NCBI GenBank assembly: GCA_963816145.1
Contig: CAWFJP010000029.1
Coordinates: forward strand, 192,001-256,000
Direction of reading: 5' to 3'
DNA from: an uncultured delta proteobacterium
GTDB lineage: Bacteria > Desulfobacterota > Binatia > UBA9968
DNA length: 64,000 nucleotides
The stretch's first letter is position 1. The number at the start of each line of letters is the position of its first letter. Position numbers and translations under genes: made by a program. Under the pieces are notes generated by a model that made no database searches, was not told where the DNA came from, and saw only the letters and a list, made by a program, of their open reading frames with translations. This document shows, piece after piece, positions 58,373 through 64,000 of this stretch.

Positions 58373-59236
58373 TTAACCGAAACGGCCGGTAATGTAATCT
58401 TCAGTTTGGCGCTTTTCCGGAGCAGTAAACAGTTTTTGGGTCTCGCCAAATTCGACCAACTCACCGACATAGAAAAACGCGGTATAATCCGATGACCGGG
58501 CCGCTTGTTGCATATTGTGCGTGACGATCACGATTGTAACTTTTTCTTTTAATTCGTGGATGAGCTCCTCGATTTTGGCCGTTGCGATCGGATCGAGGGC
58601 CGAGCAGGGTTCGTCCATCAACAGCACTTCGGGATCCACTGCCAATGCGCGCGCTATGCAAAGTCTTTGTTGTTGCCCGCCGGACAAGCTGGTCCCCGGC
58701 TTTTGAAGATTATCCTTCACTTCATCCCAAATCGCCGCGTTCTTGAGACTGCGTTCGACTTTTTCCGCGATCAATTTTCGATCGCGGATCCCATTCAATC
58801 GATATCCGGAGGCAACATTGTCGTAGATCGACATGCTGGGAAAAACATTCGGCTTCTGGAAGACCATTCCAACCCGGCGACGCACGTCGACCGGATCGAC
58901 ACCGGGGCCATAGAGGTCTTGGCCGTCGAGCAGCACTTTGCCTTGGACGCGCCCGCCCGGGGTGACTTCGTGCATGCGGTTGAGGCAGCGAATGAACGTC
59001 GATTTGCCGCAACCGGACGGGCCGATAATCGATGTAACCTGATTGGTTCTGACCGACATATTGACGTTTTTGACTGCCCGGACATCGCCATAAAAGATAC
59101 TTAAATCTTCGACCTTGAGCCGGATATCTTCTGCTGGAACCGACGCCTTGTTCTCCGAGCCATGAAGGTCGCTGCGGCTGATCAGCTCTTTCGGCGCATG
59201 GGCCTCATCGCTCATGTGAACTCCCCCATTATTCAT
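58373..59236 (-). CDS. pstB: Phosphate ABC transporter ATPase
   Basis: [39 protein letters not shown]. Confidence 0.97.
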   Translation of the reverse strand: MNNGGVHMSDEAHAPKELISRSDLHGSENKASVPAEDIRLKVEDLSIFYGDVRAVKNVNMSVRTNQVTSIIGPSGCGKSTFIRCLNRMHEVTPGGRVQGKVLLDGQDLYGPGVDPVDVRRRVGMVFQKPNVFPSMSIYDNVASGYRLNGIRDRKLIAEKVERSLKNAAIWDEVKDNLQKPGTSLSGGQQQRLCIARALAVDPEVLLMDEPCSALDPIATAKIEELIHELKEKVTIVIVTHNMQQAARSSDYTAFFYVGELVEFGETQKLFTAPEKRQTEDYITGRFG

Positions 59237-60098
59237 GTGACTTCCCCCTCAGAAATGTACGCGTCAAGACGCTGGTAAACAATACCACCGCCATCAATAC
59301 GAACGATGCAGCCCAGGCCTTTTGATGCCAATCGTCATAGGGTCCAGTCGCGTAGGTGTAAATGAGCATGGGCACCGTGGCGATTGGCTTGCTTAGATTC
59401 AAATTCCAAAAGGGATTGCCGAAGGCGGTGAACAACATCGGCGCCGCTTCGCCAAGAGCTCTTGAGACCGCGAGGATCGCGCCAGTCAACAATGCTGTCT
59501 TCGAGACCGGCAAAACTACCCAGAGTATTGTGCGCCATTTCGGCACGCCCAATGCCAATGACGCTTCCCGCAGCGAGGTTGGAACTAGTCGAAACGCCTC
59601 GTGGGAGGTGATAACCAAGATCGGCACCATGATAAAAGCGTAGGCAACCGAGCCGGAAAATCCCGAGAATGCACCGAAGGGTTGAACCACCATGTCGTAG
59701 GCGAACAGGCCGACGACGATGGACGGCACCCCGGTCAACACCTCCGCCATGAATCGCACCGTACGGCCGAGCCGGGCGCTGGGAAACTCATTGATAAAGA
59801 TGGCAGCGCCCAAGCCGATCGGTAACGCCATCAGCGTTGCGACGATGACCACGAGTATGCTACCGACCAGCGCGTTAGCGATACCGCCGCCGGACTCGCC
59901 AGGGGGCAACGGCAGCTCGGTCAGAAATGACCAGTCAATAGCGGTTGCACCGTTATAGACGACGTAGCCTAAAATCATAAAAAGTAGCGATACCGTAACG
60001 CTCGTGCAAAGCACCATGCCGATCCAGGCAAATCGTTGGACGATTTTGCGAAACGGGTAATTACTCGGCGTTGCTGCGAGATTCATTGCGCTCATCAT
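59229..60098 (-). CDS. pstA: Phosphate ABC transporter permease PstA
   Basis: [33 protein letters not shown]. Confidence 0.96.
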   Translation of the reverse strand: MMSAMNLAATPSNYPFRKIVQRFAWIGMVLCTSVTVSLLFMILGYVVYNGATAIDWSFLTELPLPPGESGGGIANALVGSILVVIVATLMALPIGLGAAIFINEFPSARLGRTVRFMAEVLTGVPSIVVGLFAYDMVVQPFGAFSGFSGSVAYAFIMVPILVITSHEAFRLVPTSLREASLALGVPKWRTILWVVLPVSKTALLTGAILAVSRALGEAAPMLFTAFGNPFWNLNLSKPIATVPMLIYTYATGPYDDWHQKAWAASFVLMAVVLFTSVLTRTFLRGKSHE

Positions 60099-60104
60099 CT
60101 TACC

Positions 60105-61103
60105 TCATTCAAAAACCGCGACCTTGCCTTTGGAAAGCTTCCAGATCATCCACTGGGCGCATAGGCTGATGACGATCGTGATGCCAAACAAAACAAGTCC
60201 AACATAGATAAGCGAGGACACATACAAGCTGTAAGTTGCCTCGGTGAATTCGCTGGCAATTTGACTCGCCATGCTGTGCACGGGGTCGAATAAAGAGTGA
60301 ATCATATCGAAAGAATTTCCCCCGACCATCGTGACCGCCATGGTTTCGCCGATGGCCCGGCCCAAACCAAGAATCACGGCGCCAAATAGGCCGACGCGTG
60401 AGTAGGGCAGCGCCACTTTCCATATCGCTTCCCATTTGGTCGCGCCCAACGCTAACATGCCTTCAATTTGCGGGCGCGGCACGGTCAAAAGGATGTCGCG
60501 GGAAATCGCCGTGACGATTGGCAGGATCATGATCGCGAGAATGACGCTGCCGGATAGCACGCCGACGCCGTAGACAGCCGGACCATCGAAAAGGAAAAAC
60601 CAGCCGAAGTTGGCCTTGAGCCAAATTTGCAGCGCGCGAATGATCGGAACCATGACGAACAGACCCCACAATCCAAAGACTATGCTTGGAATCCCCGCTA
60701 ACAATTCAATCGGGTAGGAAATAAACGGCCGCAGCCACTTCGGTATGTAAAAGGTAATGAAGACGGCGGAACCGATACTAATCGGCACCGCGAGCATTAG
60801 ACCGAGAGAGGCTTTTACCAGTGTGCCGATGATCGTGGGCAGCGTGCTGAATTCGCGAGTGACCGGATCCCACTTGGTGCCTACGAGAAATCCTAAACCA
60901 AATTTTTGGATGGCCTCCCAGGCGCCGTGAACAAGGTTTATCACCAACGCAATCCCGAGCACGATCACCGTGACTGCGAAAGCTCGGGTGACAATGTAAA
61001 ATAGCCGGTCACCAGCATTGGTCACAATCACATCATGATGTACCGCGGGCGCGGAAATTCCAGTCGGGAATGTTCTATCGATCGCTTGGGATGGCTCGCT
61101 CAT
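60105..61103 (-). CDS. pstC: Phosphate ABC transporter permease PstC
   Basis: ELLAGIPSIVFGLWG, LALGATKWE, GRAIGETMAV. Confidence 0.96.
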   Translation of the reverse strand: MSEPSQAIDRTFPTGISAPAVHHDVIVTNAGDRLFYIVTRAFAVTVIVLGIALVINLVHGAWEAIQKFGLGFLVGTKWDPVTREFSTLPTIIGTLVKASLGLMLAVPISIGSAVFITFYIPKWLRPFISYPIELLAGIPSIVFGLWGLFVMVPIIRALQIWLKANFGWFFLFDGPAVYGVGVLSGSVILAIMILPIVTAISRDILLTVPRPQIEGMLALGATKWEAIWKVALPYSRVGLFGAVILGLGRAIGETMAVTMVGGNSFDMIHSLFDPVHSMASQIASEFTEATYSLYVSSLIYVGLVLFGITIVISLCAQWMIWKLSKGKVAVFE

Positions 61104-61126
61104 TGAGTATCTCCGGGCTGATAAGA

Positions 61127-61162
61127 AAGGCGCAGCCGCTACTCACGCACCGGCTGCGCCTT
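61127..61162 (-). terminator. Stem-loop between pstS and pstC (partial terminator or mRNA stabiliser)
   Basis: 12-bp stem aaggcgcagccg / cggctgcgcctt. Confidence 0.7.
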
Positions 61163-61181
61163 GCATAAAAAATAGCGCTGA

Positions 61182-62243
61182 TTACTTTAACACTAACCGG
61201 TTGTTGAGCTTGATTTTCTTGACTAGGGCCTCAGCTTTTTTTACGGCGACGCCTTTCAGCGGGGCATAGTCCAAGGGCGTCGCGTATTTTTGGCCGTCCG
61301 TAACCATCCACATCGCGAGATTTGCCACCGCGTCGGCCTTAGCTTCGTTGGTCTGGTTCTCGTAAACCAGCAGCCAGGTGAAACCGCTGATTGAATAGGC
61401 GGCGGGATTGGCGCTGTCGGTTATGACGACTTCCATATTGTCCGGCAGATCTTTTTGATCCGCTGCAGCGGCCGCGCCCTCGAGGCTTGGATCGAGAAAT
61501 TTACCGGATTTATTGCTCAGTTGCGCCCACGTGAGTTTGGTCTGTTTAGCGTAGGCAAGCTCGACGTAGCCGATCGCGCCAGGGATCTGCTTTACCGAAT
61601 TGGCAACGCCTTCATTGCCTTTACCGCCGACATCGCCAGGCCAGTTCACCGAAGTGGCCGAGCCAACCTTCTCTTTCCACTCTGAGCTGACTTTAGAAAG
61701 ATAGTTGGTAAATATAAAGGTGGTTCCCGAGCCGTCCGAGCGATGCACCACCGCAATGGTCAGGTCAGGCAGGTTCATTCCGGGATTGATCGCTTTGATC
61801 TTGGCATCGTTCCATTTGTTGATCTTTTTCAAGTAAATGTCGGCGAGCACTTCGGGGGTGAGCTTGAGCTTGCTTGTTGGAATACCGGGGAGATTAAAGA
61901 TGACCGCTTCAGCTCCGGCCACAGTCGGGATGTGAAGCACCGCGCCACCCTTGGCTTCGGCTTTCTGCTTGTCGTCCATGACGCCATCCGATGCCCCGAA
62001 GTCTACCGTCTGTTCCTTGAGTTGTTGGATGCCGCCGCCCGAGCCGATGGATTGATAGTTCACCTTCACCCCGCAAATCTTGTCGTATTCGGCGAACATC
62101 TTGGAGTAGAGGGGATAAGGGAACGTTGCGCCCGCACCGGTCAGCTCTTTAACCCCTTTTGTTGGACAGCCCGCCACGGCGGCGGCGTTGGTGAAAAGCA
62201 ACGCACTTACGGCAACTAAACCTGCAAAACTTTTAGATTTCAT
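61182..62243 (-). CDS. pstS: Phosphate ABC transporter substrate-binding protein
   Basis: GAGATFPYP, NYQSIGSGGG, DFGASD, HRSDGSGTT, GKGNEGV. Confidence 0.97.
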   Translation of the reverse strand: MKSKSFAGLVAVSALLFTNAAAVAGCPTKGVKELTGAGATFPYPLYSKMFAEYDKICGVKVNYQSIGSGGGIQQLKEQTVDFGASDGVMDDKQKAEAKGGAVLHIPTVAGAEAVIFNLPGIPTSKLKLTPEVLADIYLKKINKWNDAKIKAINPGMNLPDLTIAVVHRSDGSGTTFIFTNYLSKVSSEWKEKVGSATSVNWPGDVGGKGNEGVANSVKQIPGAIGYVELAYAKQTKLTWAQLSNKSGKFLDPSLEGAAAAADQKDLPDNMEVVITDSANPAAYSISGFTWLLVYENQTNEAKADAVANLAMWMVTDGQKYATPLDYAPLKGVAVKKAEALVKKIKLNNRLVLK

Positions 62244-62283
62244 TTGATTTTCTCCTTTGTTTGTAAGGTTATTAAGCTCGGAT

Positions 62284-62311
62284 TGTTAACGACGCGTTAC
62301 GGCATTGTTAA
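62284..62311 (-). promoter_or_regulatory. Pho box, proximal to pstS
   Basis: Minus-strand hexamers TTAACA, GTAACG, TTAACA at exact 11-bp period (62306, 62295, 62284). Confidence 0.7.
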
Positions 62312-62414
62312 GCTTGGATAAAGCCGCAAGGACTGCGACAGCGCGAATAAGGCTTGACCTGATTGGGCGATATCTGCTTCATCTGTTAAGTTTGACGGGA
62401 AACTAAAGCCGAGC

Positions 62415-62453
62415 TGTGAATGATGTGTGACGGTAGGGTTAAGAATAGATTAA
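62415..62453 (-). promoter_or_regulatory. Pho box array, distal, upstream of pstS
   Basis: Minus-strand TTAATC, TTAACC, GTCACA, TTCACA at exact 11-bp period. Confidence 0.72.
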
Positions 62454-62689
62454 ATTGGTTTACGGATGGCGCTGATATCGGATTATCTTAACCGGCGGTT
62501 AACAGTGCCTAGTACATTTCAATCCGGATTGAGCTCACGATTTCACTAGCACGCATGTGAAAAGGGGCGTTGCCTGAGCGCTCTACAATAAGCTGATTTG
62601 GATTGATCTGCTGCCCATGGATTTCAGTTTGGCTATGAAATGCGATGGTGGTCTTGAAGAGGGAGAGCTGGGTTACAATCTCTTGCGGC

Positions 62690-62706
62690 TTAACAAGAAC
62701 TTAACA
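62690..62706 (+). promoter_or_regulatory. Pho box oriented towards the TMK-like genes
   Basis: TTAACA-agaac-TTAACA direct repeat, 11-bp period, about 90 nt upstream of 62798. Confidence 0.65.
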
Positions 62707-62797
62707 TTCAAAACCGGCCTTTTTCTGGAATCTCTGAAGGAGGCTTTGATAGGCTCGCTGGGATACTGTCGGATAGGCAAGCAACACATTTAAAGTT

Positions 62798-63532
62798 ATG
62801 GCTATTGGTATGAAAATGTACGGTAAACACCGCTTTCCTGGGCGGTTGTTTATCGTCGAAGGTATCGATGGCTCGGGCAAGAGCACGCAGCTATCCTTGC
62901 TCAAGAAATGGCTGGAGTCCGAAGGCTATGTGGTTTACTTCAGCGAATGGAATTCTTCCCCGCTGGTTGCCGACGTCACCAAGCGGGGCAAGAAGAAAAA
63001 GATGTTGACGCCGATGACTTTTAGCCTGATCCATGCGACCGATTTTGCCGATCGCACTGAGCATCACATCATCCCGCCGTTGAAAGCCGGCGCGGTGGTC
63101 CTTGCCGACCGTTATGTTTACACGGCGTTTGCTCGCGACGTCGTGCGCGGCGTCAGCCCGAAGTGGGTGCGCGAACTTTACGCCTTTGCGGTCAAGCCGA
63201 CCGTAGCCTTTTATTTTCGGACGCCTTTGGAAGTATCGATGAAGCGAATCTTGGGCGGCCGGGACGCGATCAAGTATTACGAAGCGGGCATGGATCTCGG
63301 TTTAAGCGACGATCTCGAACAGAGCTTCCGGCTGTTCCAAGGGCAGATTATCGATGAGTACGAAAAGATGGTCGACGAATTCGGACTTGTGGCTATCGAT
63401 GCCACGCGGTCCATCGAGGAGCAGCAGGCCGAAGTGCGCCGCCTCGTTACCGCAGCATTGGAAGGAACCAAGAAAGCCCAGGTGAGACGATGGCTCGATT
63501 TAGCTTCTTTGGCGAAGGACTCCCGGAAATAG
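62798..63532 (+). CDS. Thymidylate-kinase-like P-loop protein A (candidate polyphosphate kinase subunit)
   Basis: IVEGIDGSGKST, HATDFADR, LADRY, YEAGMD. Confidence 0.88.
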   Translation: MAIGMKMYGKHRFPGRLFIVEGIDGSGKSTQLSLLKKWLESEGYVVYFSEWNSSPLVADVTKRGKKKKMLTPMTFSLIHATDFADRTEHHIIPPLKAGAVVLADRYVYTAFARDVVRGVSPKWVRELYAFAVKPTVAFYFRTPLEVSMKRILGGRDAIKYYEAGMDLGLSDDLEQSFRLFQGQIIDEYEKMVDEFGLVAIDATRSIEEQQAEVRRLVTAALEGTKKAQVRRWLDLASLAKDSRK

Positions 63533-64000
63533 ATCTGGCGGAATTGAAAGGCAAGCTGATCGTTCTGGAGGGGACGGACGGTGTCGGCCGCTCGACCCAT
63601 ATCGGCTTGTTGAAGCAGTGGCTGGAAAATCATGGCCATGCGGTGCTAGACACCGGCATGACCCGTTCGGCACTGGCCGGAAAGCGGCTAAAGCAAGCCA
63701 AAGAGGGCAACACCCTTGGCGGCATCACCCTGAGCTTGTTTTATGCCACTGACTTTGCCGATCGTCTGGAAAATGAAATTATCCCAGCGCTGCGCGCCGG
63801 CTTCGTTGTGCTGACCGACCGCTACATCTATTCTCTTATGGCAAGGGCGATCGTCCGCGGCATGGATTCTGAGTGGTTGCGCGAGGTCTACGGCTTTGCC
63901 TTGAAGCCCGACGCGATTTTCTATCTACGCGTCAACATCGACGACTTGGTGACGCGCGTCTTGCAGAGCGGTGGTTTCGATTATTGGGAGTCGGGCATGG
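63490..64000 (+). CDS. Thymidylate-kinase-like P-loop protein B (partial; candidate polyphosphate kinase subunit)
   Basis: Manual translation MARFSFFGEGLP...IVLEGTDGVGRST...YATDFADR...LTDRY...WESGM; overlaps gene A by 43 nt; runs off the window. Confidence 0.88.
   Translation, partial: MARFSFFGEGLPEIDLAELKGKLIVLEGTDGVGRSTHIGLLKQWLENHGHAVLDTGMTRSALAGKRLKQAKEGNTLGGITLSLFYATDFADRLENEIIPALRAGFVVLTDRYIYSLMARAIVRGMDSEWLREVYGFALKPDAIFYLRVNIDDLVTRVLQSGGFDYWESGM

Noticed and set aside
62798-64000. Annotation as ordinary tmk
   Set aside because: Tandem paralogs, a GRST variant P-loop, an upstream Pho box and phosphate-locus context argue against housekeeping dTMP kinase, though it is not excluded.

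Overview
GC-rich bacterial chromosome segment. Gene content (many orphan NMT1/SsuA-type and PF04392 solute-binding proteins, crotonases, a stand-alone A-T protein, characteristic intergenic palindromes) suggests Candidatus Binatia/Binatota; this is an inference. Order: amidase (partial); membrane protein; GNAT, adenylate cyclase, LysM-deacetylase and LysM/TPR operon; an AT-richer accessory block (7.7-13.9 kb) containing decayed copies of the 3' ends of BOTH flanking core genes; prpBDC divergent from acuI plus a double-domain CoA-transferase; a catabolic region (amidohydrolase, TPP enzyme, three atypical crotonases, NDP-forming acyl-CoA ligase, two alpha/beta hydrolases, six orphan SBPs); a DUF559 nuclease inside a palindromic element; a MacAB-like exporter; a second accessory block (46.8-53.2 kb; DUF1501 and SBP remnants, sulfotransferase-like gene, divergent GHMP kinase); and pstSCAB-phoU-phoB-phoR-DUF47-pit, divergent from an overlapping pair of thymidylate-kinase-like genes preceded by a Pho box. 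Best leads: (1) the Pho-box-preceded TMK-like pair as a candidate bacterial heteromeric polyphosphate kinase; (2) integrase-free stacking of locus alleles that leaves 3'-end scars; (3) filled versus empty palindromic elements. No rRNA, tRNA, CRISPR array, integrase or transposase was recognised. Several frameshifts are probably assembly errors.
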